Positions 20,901 through 29,509 are shown, numbered from the stretch's first letter. The stretch is 64,000 nucleotides of DNA from an uncultured Bacteroidales bacterium (GCA_963831855.1 CAWHSA010000005.1:648120-712119); one strand, 5' to 3'. The notes: generated by a model not told the origin, from the sequence alone. Numbers and translations: made by a program.

Positions 20901-22166
20901 CCCGGGCATTAAAATACTAGTTGTATTTACGAAACCGCCGCCACCGCCTCCACCTTCGCCAAATGTTCCAGCATTATTACCTCCTTTACCTCCGCTGGCT
21001 GAAATTGTTAATGCTGATGAAGCCGGGACTGCAGTATAACTCTGGAGATATATGGCAATTGATCCCCCTCCTCCTCCACCACCGGCACCTGCATTTCCGG
21101 AAGCTGTCACAGAGGGTGTGGCTCCCTCTGCAATGACCTTATATCCATTTCCCTTTAAAGTATCACAAATAAGGATTATTATTCCACCGCCGTTGCCTCC
21201 CGCTGTTGGCAAACCTGCCTGGTTTGTTGATCCGCCGCCGCCCCCACCAAGGAACAAACCCCCATCCAGCCCAGTACCTGTTATCTGAATACCACCCAAT
21301 CCTCCATTGGATTGAGGAGAACAGGTAGCTATTTCACGGCCCCCCAGACCTCCTTTGCCATAATTTGAACCGCCACCGCCTCCGGAGAATTTACCATTGC
21401 CGCCGCCGCCGCCATTGAAGTTCCTGCCATACCCTTTGGCATACAAAGGATAAATCGGATAGAACGGCGGGATGTTCGAAGCTGATGGGTCAGCATTTAT
21501 GGCCAGTCCTTCACCTTTAAATCCTGAGCTGTCAGTTGTTGCGGAGTATGCGAACTTGTTCCATTTGAGAAGATCGGTATTTGCACAAATTCCAAGTCCG
21601 TTTGTTATTGTCCCTCCTTTAAATCCCTTGCCAGTTACATCAATATTCCCGTTTAAAGTCAAGGTCCGGCCTATAATAGCAGCCAGCACTCCTCCGGTCT
21701 TTGATGTGCTGTCCCATGCGGCGCTTGTTAAGCCGGCAGGATCAACCTGTGCAAAGTTATAAGAGGGCACCTTAACTATCTGAATATCTCCGGTAAGGTC
21801 CAAGGTATTTACAATATTATTTCTGAACCTGATTATATTGCCTGCTTCGACCGAAAGAACAGTCAGGAATTCATGCATCCCGGCTTTGCCGTACGAGAAT
21901 CCGGAGGATCCGTAAGATGCATCCTCCTTTGAATAGATTCTCACTCCCTTCATCTGCATCAGGAGAACGGTATCTCCAGCCTGGAATTGTGAGAATTCTG
22001 ATGAGTTGCCAACTACCACATAGTCAGTACTGATACCGGTAACCCTGCCATACTTATTAATTGTTCCGCTGATATGTGTTTGTGAAAATATGGGGCTGAA
22101 GTAAACCAAGACAGCTAACAGACTTAATACTAAATACTTAATATTGCCAGACAACTTTCCAGTCAT
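17946..22166 (-). CDS. Large cell-surface protein with T9SS type-B C-terminal sorting domain (gliding-motility-associated C-terminal domain), a glycine-rich N-terminal region and six Cys-containing Ig/PKD-like repeats
   Basis: 1406 aa with a signal peptide. The C-terminus GISPDGDLINDSLKISGL...WQVWDGKSAKGTELPEGTYYYLLKVY...GFVILKRN matches the type-B CTD pattern. Repeats have the form IC.GS.P..L.G..P.GG...Y.YQWQ.S....W......Y.P.ALT.TTWYRR.V.S..C. Confidence 0.85.
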   Translation of the reverse strand: MTGKLSGNIKYLVLSLLAVLVYFSPIFSQTHISGTINKYGRVTGISTDYVVVGNSSEFSQFQAGDTVLLMQMKGVRIYSKEDASYGSSGFSYGKAGMHEFLTVLSVEAGNIIRFRNNIVNTLDLTGDIQIVKVPSYNFAQVDPAGLTSAAWDSTSKTGGVLAAIIGRTLTLNGNIDVTGKGFKGGTITNGLGICANTDLLKWNKFAYSATTDSSGFKGEGLAINADPSASNIPPFYPIYPLYAKGYGRNFNGGGGGNGKFSGGGGGSNYGKGGLGGREIATCSPQSNGGLGGIQITGTGLDGGLFLGGGGGGSTNQAGLPTAGGNGGGIIILICDTLKGNGYKVIAEGATPSVTASGNAGAGGGGGGGSIAIYLQSYTAVPASSALTISASGGKGGNNAGTFGEGGGGGGGFVNTTSILMPGNVIKSVAGGLPGTKSPPGPSTAIVGDPGKNVTTFVPVLNGFLFNSIRSSVTGDQVDSICSNVIPKPITGTTPVGGTLPYSFTWEKSLDLLVWNPISGATGKDYTPTATEPVTFWVRRIVSDASSLIDISKFVKIIVQPAITGNLVGKDTTICYNQNPLNLIPLNSGPSNGNGRYAYQWIQNLDNLNWSSSPNATGTSNLSAFDPPVLSSTTFYQRKITSGRCIDYSATVTITVLPSITGNVTTRPDSVICEGSLFNTLGASAAGGGSGAYLYQWQDSTTSGLWLAAAGTNSNTTYNADTSKFAVTEKRFFRRTVYSGPYNTCQNKSIPILLTRYHKIKNNLIAADNIICSGSVPAGLTGSDPAQGDLTYAYQWQDSTKGIPWATKGTPKSPFLPPALTDTTWYRRIVTSSKCTNTSNIIVIKVHQPVLNNIASLISGPGPDTTICNGSVPNRIKGSTPAGGTDTPGDYAFLWQYSVDNSAYTDIAPATLSSYNPSALTATTWFRRRVISGMCSSVSNSMRVIVLPSITNNVISVTKPAVCYNTVPGPVSGTVLTGGAGGTPTWIWEQSTNGTTWAGAAGTANQQNYAPPALTGKTWYRRVLISGPSDCCIDTSNVITLDIVPLPTGSFTSVTDTTICNGSQVLLKVHLTGASPWKVTYNENTTGVVVNGIGSADYVISRIPSAASSLSVFNYSLAAVEDQNACLATSLTGIRKANVYRVPVANAGPDDAACGPGYTLKAVPSDGTGLWQFPPEVLSSVANDPHSIIKIDSSFTGANVTYTFSWEETNGICKNKDDVSIRFDKRIGSVTAGTGGTIMSFDNMTKVDATPLQPFETGLWSVVTGSGDFDDDAANSTYIKNISLGINTYKWTVTNGKCKVESLVSYEVLIPVIPEGISPDGDLINDSLKISGLDLVNQEIDLTILNGAGSLVFSATNRNGNPWQVWDGKSAKGTELPEGTYYYLLKVYSIRTEHVSQKSGFVILKRN

Positions 22167-22225
22167 TCATCGCCCTAATGAACTGCTAATATAAAGAAAT
22201 AATTGTATTATTTATACTTTTAACT

Positions 22226-25200
22226 TCACTCAGACTTTGACTCTGAAGGATTTTCCACAGTGTACTTTAAAGGAAATTCGATGTAGAAGGTTGTACCGTT
22301 ATCTGCTTCAGATTTGAACCAAATCCTTCCGGCAGCTCCTTCAACATATTTTTTAACTATCGATAATCCCAGACCTGTGCCCGAAGACTTGGTAGTAAAA
22401 TTTGGCGTAAAGAGCTTCTTCTGAAGCGCCCCCGGAATACCGGAACCGTTATCTGATACTGTCGTGATCACCTTATCCCCGGCAATCTCAAGGTTCACTT
22501 TTATTAAACCTTTTCTACCTGCAGGTATTGCCTGAATGCTGTTCTTGAATAGATTTGAGAAAATTCCGTTAAGATGCTCTTTATCGGCATAAATAAATAC
22601 CTTGTTTTCATGGGGCCATCTTACCCAGAATGTAACATTATCGGTATTCCTGAAAAGCTCAAGTGTTGTCCTGATCTGTTCAAGGAGATTTACATCAACA
22701 GGATTTGTCCCGGGCATCTTGGCAAATGAAGAAAATGCCGAAGCTATTGACGAAAGGTTATCAATGTATTCCACCTGATTCCGGGCAAACTCTTCGAGTC
22801 TTTCCTTAAATCTGGCAGGGTTGTCCCTCCACGATTTAACAAGCTGTTGTATATTAAGCTTCATTGGTGTGAGCGGATTCTTGATTTCGTGGGCGATCTG
22901 TTTTGCCATTTCGCGCCAGGCATGTTCCCTTTCGGAGTTGGCAAGCTTGTGAGCGCTATCCTCGAGCTCATCAACCATCCTGTTATATTGCCTGACAAGT
23001 TCTCCGATCTCATCGGTCCCGCTGTAAGAAAGCCGCTCTATTTTCTTGCCGAGTTCAACATTAGCCAGTCCTTTACTGAGCATCGAAAGTGGTGTGGTCA
23101 GCCTGCCGCTCAGGACAACAGCAACACTCATCGTGATAAGGATCAGAAGGAGGGTGAAATTGATTACAACCACCACCATGTTTGATATCTCCCTTGCAAG
23201 AATGCTCTGCATTCTGAAGTAAGGAAGGTTTATATAAGCCACGACGTTATTATCGGTGTTGTAAAATGGAACATAAACAGAGATATATTTCATTTTACCC
23301 ACCATCTCAGTCTGGCTGTACTCACTTTTGGAAAGATCGGCCAGGTTCATAAGCGCCATTATATTTATCCGGTGGCTCGTAAGATTCCTGTAAAACACTT
23401 CCTCACGTGATGTCGCCATAAGGAATCCCGTCTGGTCATAAAGATTTATATCGGTATTGAATATATTTGAAAGGTTAATAAGAAGATCATTCAAAGATGC
23501 ATAATTTGCGTTTCTCCAGTCATTTGAAAGGTGTTTTTCATTGGAAAGCTTGTTGTCAAGCTCAACATAAATTGAATTCAGTTTCTCTTTTATTGTCTCA
23601 AAGTGTTTTGTCCTGTATTCACTGATTGTCAGTAATGTGACAACTATACCGATCAGAATGAATGAGAATAGCAGTATCCCGATAAATGAAAGCTGAAGCT
23701 TCTGCCTGAAATTAAGATTTCTCAGGCTGCCTGTGGCAGGCATATGGATAAGGATGAGAAGTAAATTAAGAAATAGCAGGGTAAATGCAAACAGATATGC
23801 GAAGGAGATGATCATGTCACCTGTATTCAGTCTCTTCCTGCTAATTATAACTGTCGTATTTCCGTTCCTGAACAGGATATGCTTATAAAAATCCGCATTG
23901 AAAATCCTGTAATCATTGTTCTTGTCGATATACTCATCATCATCCTTGTTATACGGGAAGTCGCCTGAATTGATAACAATCTTGCCGTTAATGTATTTGG
24001 CAAATGAGTAATCCTTCAGACTTGAATATCCTCTGAATTTCTTGTCAAGAAGCAATTCGGAATAACCCGGCTGGAAAATATTCACATTACTGTAAAGCTC
24101 TATAAATAATCCACTTGTAATTTCCAGGCTGGTTTTAAATTCTATCCTGCCCAGGTAATAGGCTCTTCCTCCCTGGTTATCCATAAAATAGAAATCAGTA
24201 CCTGTAAGCCGATGTCCGTTCTTCATAATCCGCTCATCGAAAAAGTCAAAGCAGTTAACCTGATTTCCCTGGGTGGAACCGATTTTAAGAAGTTCCTCTT
24301 TCCTGCAACGGACAATATTTATGTTGAAATTTCCCCAGTACCCGGTAAAATAATTATCATGAAGATATGTCGATATGTTATTGAAATCACTCTGTGTAAA
24401 AAAGCTGACATTCATCATTGCGGTGAGCGTTGAATCACTTGAAATTTCCGGCCAGATATCAAGGAGGAGATGTTCGGCTTCAGGGTCATTCTCCGTTGAA
24501 AATGAGAGCGCCTGGATCTTGAGGTTCTCTGTGGTTTTCTTCTCTGAGAAAACCGTTATCATATAAAGCGAATATAATCCGAGAATCACGGAAAAAATCA
24601 CTGTAGTATTAAACAGACCTGTCTCTCTGCGGATTATCAGGCGTGTAAAAACTACCAGTACTGAATAAATAACCAGAACAATCAGCAGCGCCAGGAAATC
24701 ATTGTAGAAAAATAATACCGGTACTGCCATAGAGGTAACAAAGGGTAGTAACAATTTCCTGCTTTCACAATCTCTGCTTGTCCTGCAGGCTTTCAGAATA
24801 AAAGAAACAGGTATGAGGGATAATAGTATAATACTGCTGAAACCAGCAATACTGAAAAAGCTTAATTTCAGTACCTTGAATGTTTCGAAGCTAATGTTTG
24901 AGTCCGTTATTAACTGCTTAAACAGAATGTGGAGGAGACTGGCAGATAATGCCCCTGCAGACAGGAGGAGGGTGATTACAACGAAGTCCTTTGCCTTGTT
25001 TTTGCCGCTGATCTCCCGGAAGTGCAAATGCTTATAGATAATATATGAAAGAACAATCCCAAGGATACTTAAAAGGAGAAGGTTGCCAAGGGTAGGAATA
25101 AAACTATTCAGCGAGAATACGTAAGGCGAGAACAATCCCGTACGGAATATTACTTCAGGTTTTCCTGCAAAAAGTATAAAGGCATACAGCAATACGAAAG

Positions 25201-25942
25201 CCGCAAGACCTGCACTAATAGCAAGAATATTCATCCCTTTTGCAGCCAGCAGACTTACCAGTTCAAGCACTAAAATGATAATGAGAAATAAAAAGGCTGT
25301 CCATAATACCAACGGGAAGATTATCAGCAGAGAATTGGCTTTAACCTGCGGGAATGAAAGAGAAAACAGAAATGTGCCGTCCGTTTTAAAAATATTATAT
25401 CCCGATTTATTCTTAACCGTACTGAAGCCGACAGCATGCGAAATCCGGAAATCACTCTCAAATCCGTTCCTTACGATATCGTTTTCAAAACCGTAATCCG
25501 TTCTTACCCTGAGCAATCCTACTATCTCCTCATTACCAGCCTGCAGAGTAGCCGGGATGAACCAGCCATTCTGAAGAAAAATAATTGGTTTTTTGAAAAT
25601 GGTGTCATTCTGGATTTGTCCCGGCACATCAAAATCGTTGTCTGACCAGTGGATAAGCTTATTATCGAAGTATTCAAGGATGGATATTCTGTTCTGGTCG
25701 GCAAGCGAGAAAAGGTCCTTCTCCGCGACTGATCCATGCTGTTCTCCCCCGGCTAAGATGAGCTTCAGTCCGTTAACACAGTAATCCATAACCTTTTCTT
25801 TTTCTGCCAGTATCCTGTTGAATCTTTTGGTTCTGAAATGATATTCGAAATCGCTGAAATAAACCGAATCCGCTATCATCGCCAATGCCAGGACAACAAC
25901 AGTTGAAGCCATGAGAAATAACAGACGCCGGTTCTCTTTCAT
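22226..25942 (-). CDS. Large multi-TM sensor histidine kinase (HAMP plus NtrY-like HisKA plus HATPase_c), no adjacent response regulator
   Basis: About 1238 aa. H-box WREMAKQIAHEIKNPLTPMKLNIQQL; N, G1 and G2 boxes (NLFKNSIQA, DNGSGIP, GTGLGLSIVKK). Numerous TM helices and three apparent extracytoplasmic segments. The ORF-track start at 25948 is TTG; the ATG at 25942 is preferred. Confidence 0.85.
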   Translation of the reverse strand: MKENRRLLFLMASTVVVLALAMIADSVYFSDFEYHFRTKRFNRILAEKEKVMDYCVNGLKLILAGGEQHGSVAEKDLFSLADQNRISILEYFDNKLIHWSDNDFDVPGQIQNDTIFKKPIIFLQNGWFIPATLQAGNEEIVGLLRVRTDYGFENDIVRNGFESDFRISHAVGFSTVKNKSGYNIFKTDGTFLFSLSFPQVKANSLLIIFPLVLWTAFLFLIIILVLELVSLLAAKGMNILAISAGLAAFVLLYAFILFAGKPEVIFRTGLFSPYVFSLNSFIPTLGNLLLLSILGIVLSYIIYKHLHFREISGKNKAKDFVVITLLLSAGALSASLLHILFKQLITDSNISFETFKVLKLSFFSIAGFSSIILLSLIPVSFILKACRTSRDCESRKLLLPFVTSMAVPVLFFYNDFLALLIVLVIYSVLVVFTRLIIRRETGLFNTTVIFSVILGLYSLYMITVFSEKKTTENLKIQALSFSTENDPEAEHLLLDIWPEISSDSTLTAMMNVSFFTQSDFNNISTYLHDNYFTGYWGNFNINIVRCRKEELLKIGSTQGNQVNCFDFFDERIMKNGHRLTGTDFYFMDNQGGRAYYLGRIEFKTSLEITSGLFIELYSNVNIFQPGYSELLLDKKFRGYSSLKDYSFAKYINGKIVINSGDFPYNKDDDEYIDKNNDYRIFNADFYKHILFRNGNTTVIISRKRLNTGDMIISFAYLFAFTLLFLNLLLILIHMPATGSLRNLNFRQKLQLSFIGILLFSFILIGIVVTLLTISEYRTKHFETIKEKLNSIYVELDNKLSNEKHLSNDWRNANYASLNDLLINLSNIFNTDINLYDQTGFLMATSREEVFYRNLTSHRINIMALMNLADLSKSEYSQTEMVGKMKYISVYVPFYNTDNNVVAYINLPYFRMQSILAREISNMVVVVINFTLLLILITMSVAVVLSGRLTTPLSMLSKGLANVELGKKIERLSYSGTDEIGELVRQYNRMVDELEDSAHKLANSEREHAWREMAKQIAHEIKNPLTPMKLNIQQLVKSWRDNPARFKERLEEFARNQVEYIDNLSSIASAFSSFAKMPGTNPVDVNLLEQIRTTLELFRNTDNVTFWVRWPHENKVFIYADKEHLNGIFSNLFKNSIQAIPAGRKGLIKVNLEIAGDKVITTVSDNGSGIPGALQKKLFTPNFTTKSSGTGLGLSIVKKYVEGAAGRIWFKSEADNGTTFYIEFPLKYTVENPSESKSE

Positions 25943-25959
25943 AAACAACAGTTTAAACC

Positions 25960-26433
25960 CTATTCATGATGGTAGGGTTCTCCTTTTATTATTGTGAATG
26001 CCCTGTATAGCTGTTCGAGGAACAATAATCGTACCAGCTGATGGGGAAATGTCATCTTTGATAATGAAAGCCGGAAATCAGCCAGTTTAAGTACCTCCTC
26101 TGAGAATCCCCATGGGCCGCCGGTCACAAAGACGATCCTTTTGCCGGGGATCATTGACAGGTTTTCCATCCACCGGGCAAACTCCCGGGTCCTGAACTCC
26201 TTTCCTCTCTCGTCGAGCAATATTACATAATCATCTTTACCGATTGCACCACATATTTTTCTGCCCTCTTTTCTTTTCTGCTCGCCTGAAGGCATATTAC
26301 GGGTATCTTTTAAATCAGGGATCGTAATAATTTCAAATGCCGCATATTTTCTGATGCGTGCCGAATAAATCTCAACACCTTCATTTATATGCTTTTCATT
26401 TGTCTTACCCGTCAGCAGTAAAGCGATCTTCAT
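25960..26433 (-). CDS. rlmH: 23S rRNA (pseudouridine1915-N3)-methyltransferase RlmH
   Basis: MKIALLLTGKT...LLDERGKEF.S.EFA......G.....FV.GGP.G....V...A....SLS.MTFPHQL.R..F.EQLYRA..I..G.PYH. Start set at the internal ATG at 26433. Confidence 0.9.
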   Translation of the reverse strand: MKIALLLTGKTNEKHINEGVEIYSARIRKYAAFEIITIPDLKDTRNMPSGEQKRKEGRKICGAIGKDDYVILLDERGKEFRTREFARWMENLSMIPGKRIVFVTGGPWGFSEEVLKLADFRLSLSKMTFPHQLVRLLFLEQLYRAFTIIKGEPYHHE

Positions 26434-26560
26434 AAAATATGGCGCGACTTTTGTGCATAAGTCCGGAATGTGCCCGGTAAAACACAAATATAATTAAACA
26501 TGCTTAAGCATTTATAATTATATTGAGTGGATATAACTGATTTTCATAACAGAAATTAGT

Positions 26561-26568
26561 TAATTTTG
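26561..26568 (+). promoter_or_regulatory. Candidate -7 box (TAATTTTG) for the small secreted protein/nadC pair
   Basis: Exact TAnnTTTG match ~34 nt upstream of the ATG at 26602. Confidence 0.35.
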
Positions 26569-26601
26569 TGATGATTTGAATTTTGGAAGCTGGCAAAATT
26601 G

Positions 26602-27012
26602 ATGCGAATGGAACTCTTGAAAATCTTACCTGTTATCTTCCTTACAGCAAATACTCTTGTCCTGAGCGGGCAGGAGCAGACAAGGATTCCGGGAGGAATT
26701 GCGATTGCTATCAAGGCTGGCAATGCAGCCGAGCTGGCGAAATATATGAATTCAACAGTTGACCTGCTTCTCCTTGACAAGGAGGACTTCTATAAGAAGA
26801 ATGTTGCTGAGGCTATTCTTAAAGATTTCTTCGCTTCATATCCGACAAAAGATTTCGTCATCCGCCACCAGGGGGCTAATAATGATGCCCAATATGCTAT
26901 CGGCAATCTTAAGACCGAGAAGGGTGATTTCAGAATCTATTTTCTTCTTAAAAAAGTTGACCAGGAACTGCTTATTCATAAAATTCGCATAGAGACTGAA
27001 AATGGAGAATAG
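26602..27012 (+). CDS. Small secreted protein, possibly DUF4783 family
   Basis: 136 aa with a signal peptide MRMELLKILPVIFLTANTLVLSGQ. Overlaps the nadC start by 11 nt. The family assignment is from memory of this size and neighbourhood only. Confidence 0.5.
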   Translation: MRMELLKILPVIFLTANTLVLSGQEQTRIPGGIAIAIKAGNAAELAKYMNSTVDLLLLDKEDFYKKNVAEAILKDFFASYPTKDFVIRHQGANNDAQYAIGNLKTEKGDFRIYFLLKKVDQELLIHKIRIETENGE

Positions 27013-27844
27013 TGTTCTCAGGGAATTTGTTTTAAGAAGTATCGGAGAAGATCTTGGTGATGGCGATCATTCATCTCTTGCCTGTATCCCATGGGATGCT
27101 ACCGGAAAAGCAAGGCTGCTGATTAAGGAGGAAGGCATTCTTGCAGGTGTTAAAGCTGCAAAAGAGGTTTTTAATGCTATAGATTCAGATCTCGTCTGCG
27201 AAATCCTTATTGATGACGGACAAAGAGTAAATCCGGGCGACACCGGTTTTTATGTTTCGGGACGTCAGCAGTCAATCCTGAAATCGGAACGCCTTGTACT
27301 GAATATAATGCAGAGAATGAGCGGTATAGCTACCAGTACGAACCAGTATGTAACCCGTCTTCATGGCCTGAATACAAAAGTTCTTGATACACGTAAAACA
27401 ACACCCGGATTACGGTTCCTTGAAAAAGAAGCTGTAAGGATCGGGGGAGGATTGAACCACAGAATGGGATTATTTGACATGATAATGCTTAAGGATAATC
27501 ATATAGTATATGCCGGTGGAATTGAAAAAGCAATTGAAAAGACGAGGGAATATCTGAAAAAAAATGACAGGAAGCTAAAGATCGAAATAGAAGCCGGAAA
27601 TCTCGGAGACGTTAATAAAATAATTGCAGCCGGCGGGGTTAACCGGATAATGCTTGATAACTTCAGTATCGGGGATACCGTCACAGCAGTAAATCTTATC
27701 GCCGGAAGATATGAAACCGAATCATCCGGTGGAATAACGCTGGAGACAGTAAGAGCCTATGCTGAATGTGGAGTTGATTATGTTTCTGTCGGAGCCCTTA
27801 CTCATCATATCAGGAGCCTCGATATGAGTCTGAAAGCCATGTAA
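27002..27844 (+). CDS. nadC: Nicotinate-nucleotide diphosphorylase (carboxylating), quinolinate phosphoribosyltransferase
   Basis: LDTRKTTPGLR.LEK.AV..GGG.NHR.GL.D..M.KDNH and a C-terminal ..SGGI......YA..GVD..S.GALTHS-like motif. Confidence 0.9.
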   Translation: MENSVLREFVLRSIGEDLGDGDHSSLACIPWDATGKARLLIKEEGILAGVKAAKEVFNAIDSDLVCEILIDDGQRVNPGDTGFYVSGRQQSILKSERLVLNIMQRMSGIATSTNQYVTRLHGLNTKVLDTRKTTPGLRFLEKEAVRIGGGLNHRMGLFDMIMLKDNHIVYAGGIEKAIEKTREYLKKNDRKLKIEIEAGNLGDVNKIIAAGGVNRIMLDNFSIGDTVTAVNLIAGRYETESSGGITLETVRAYAECGVDYVSVGALTHHIRSLDMSLKAM

Positions 27845-27870
27845 GCTATATTCTGAAAAGCAGAGATCTT

Positions 27871-27993
27871 TCACTTACAATAAAGAAACGCTCTGACAAA
27901 TCTCATTATATCTTCGCGTGTAAAATATTGAGCCGGCTTCTGAAGGAACTGCACCAGTGCATTGGGATTCATTATTATATCATTATTCTTCAT
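27871..27993 (-). pseudogene. Possible 5' remnant of a glutamine synthetase gene (40-codon ORF)
   Basis: Hand translation gives MKNNDIIMNPNALVQFLQKPAQYFTREDIMRFVRAFLYCK*. The segment N.LV.FLQKPA..FT..DI resembles, from memory, the N-terminus of the ~500-aa Bacteroidota glutamine synthetase. The rest of that gene is absent. Confidence 0.25.
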
Positions 27994-28111
27994 TTTATTG
28001 TTAAATGATTAACAGTCAGACTATATTAGTTCATAAATGACAAAAGGAAATGTTAAAAGTCATAATCTTCATTACGGGATAGTCTTAACTTACTTTTTAA
28101 CAATTTTTCAC

Positions 28112-28119
28112 TATTTTTG
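28112..28119 (+). promoter_or_regulatory. Candidate -7 box (TATTTTTG) for the 436-aa lipoprotein gene
   Basis: Exact TAnnTTTG match 12 nt upstream of the ATG at 28131. Confidence 0.3.
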
Positions 28120-28130
28120 AAACTTTTAAA

Positions 28131-29441
28131 ATGCCATTGATGAAGAGTTGGATAAGTATTGCAGTTCTCCTTTTACTATTTGGATGTAATGGGAACAAAG
28201 AGGAGCCCTGGCTTACAAATGAAAAAGCTGCAGCTTATTTCGGAAAAATTAAAGCTGCGTGTGACCGGGACAACGGGAAGTTATGGGGAAAGAATCTTTA
28301 TGGCCCTTTGATGTTTGTCGACCGCACTTCAAGGAAAATAATTGCCAATTGGCCGGATAACGAAGCGCTTCTTAAGGGAAAAGATGGGATTTATACAGGT
28401 ACATTCCCTAAAGAGCTGGTAATCAATAATAATCCTGTTTTATTTGGCGACCTTCTGTATGCGATGGCACCCCTTCCTGCTGAAGAAGATGAGTACAGGA
28501 CCATATCCAGGGCTATTCACAGCCTTTTTCACAGTTTCCAGGAATCGGAAGGTTACATATCCCAGGGCTACAATGCCATGAACATGGATGAAAAAAATGC
28601 CAGGCTATGGATCAAACTGGAATGGAATGCACTCCGCAGAGCAATTAATAATGTTGGACCAGAACAGAAGCTGGCCCTTCGGGATGCACTGATTTTCAAA
28701 GGTTCCAACAAAGAACTGTACGGAAAATTTGCTTCCGATGAAACCAGATTTGAGAATTATGAGGGACTGGCGACCTTTACTTTTCTTCTTCTTTCCACCA
28801 GCTCGCCTGAAGAATTTAATAAGCGGCTTTTTGAAAATCTCGACAGGATCTATTCGATGCAGTCATATGCCAGGTCATACGGATCAATCCATGGTGCCCT
28901 GTATGCCACTTTTCTATTCAAAAAGGGGTTCGATTTTTCCTCCGTAACGTCAGCAGACTTTGATCTCGCGGAAAAAGTCAGGGAGCTGTACGGGATTCAG
29001 CTTCCCGCAGTTTGCCGCGACGTGGCCGGAAGTCTTGCATTGAACTATGATGTTGATAAGATACACAAGGAAGAAGCGGAGCGTGATGCGAGAATTAAAG
29101 AAAGAATTTACAGACAGATCAGCAAATTTACAGAAAAACCGGTTGTTTACCTTGAACTCGAAAGTCCTTATTTCGATTTTGAGCCGGAGGATATCAATCC
29201 CATGGATACGCTCGGTACGCTTTATTCAAAGATCCGCGTTTCAGATAACTGGGGCAAGCTTTCCGTTGATAATGGAGGCTGCCTGCTGTCATCAAATTTG
29301 AAATATCTGCGCATGACAGCAAAAGGATTCAGAGCCGATGAAAACAAGTTTGAAGGCGAAGGATGGCACCTTCAGCTGAATGACGGCTGGGAACTCGTCC
29401 CTGTCGAACAAAACTATTTTGCCAGGAGACTGGAACCGTAA
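28131..29441 (+). CDS. Hypothetical lipoprotein (unknown function)
   Basis: 436 aa with lipoprotein signal MKSWISIAVLLLLFGC. I recognised no family. It contains an H..FH..QESEGY segment but no HExxH motif. Confidence 0.6.
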   Translation: MPLMKSWISIAVLLLLFGCNGNKEEPWLTNEKAAAYFGKIKAACDRDNGKLWGKNLYGPLMFVDRTSRKIIANWPDNEALLKGKDGIYTGTFPKELVINNNPVLFGDLLYAMAPLPAEEDEYRTISRAIHSLFHSFQESEGYISQGYNAMNMDEKNARLWIKLEWNALRRAINNVGPEQKLALRDALIFKGSNKELYGKFASDETRFENYEGLATFTFLLLSTSSPEEFNKRLFENLDRIYSMQSYARSYGSIHGALYATFLFKKGFDFSSVTSADFDLAEKVRELYGIQLPAVCRDVAGSLALNYDVDKIHKEEAERDARIKERIYRQISKFTEKPVVYLELESPYFDFEPEDINPMDTLGTLYSKIRVSDNWGKLSVDNGGCLLSSNLKYLRMTAKGFRADENKFEGEGWHLQLNDGWELVPVEQNYFARRLEP

Positions 29442-29509
29442 CCACAGAAATACAGCGGTTGATTAATTAAACAATACCTCGCAACGCCTCCTGCGTGACG
29501 GGCCGGTTC

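Noticed and set aside
20599-21288. Proline-rich plus-strand ORFs (146, 71 and 78 aa)
   Set aside because: They are the antisense reading of the GGN-rich glycine runs in the adhesin gene (CCN gives Pro), so they are a frame artefact of low-complexity DNA.
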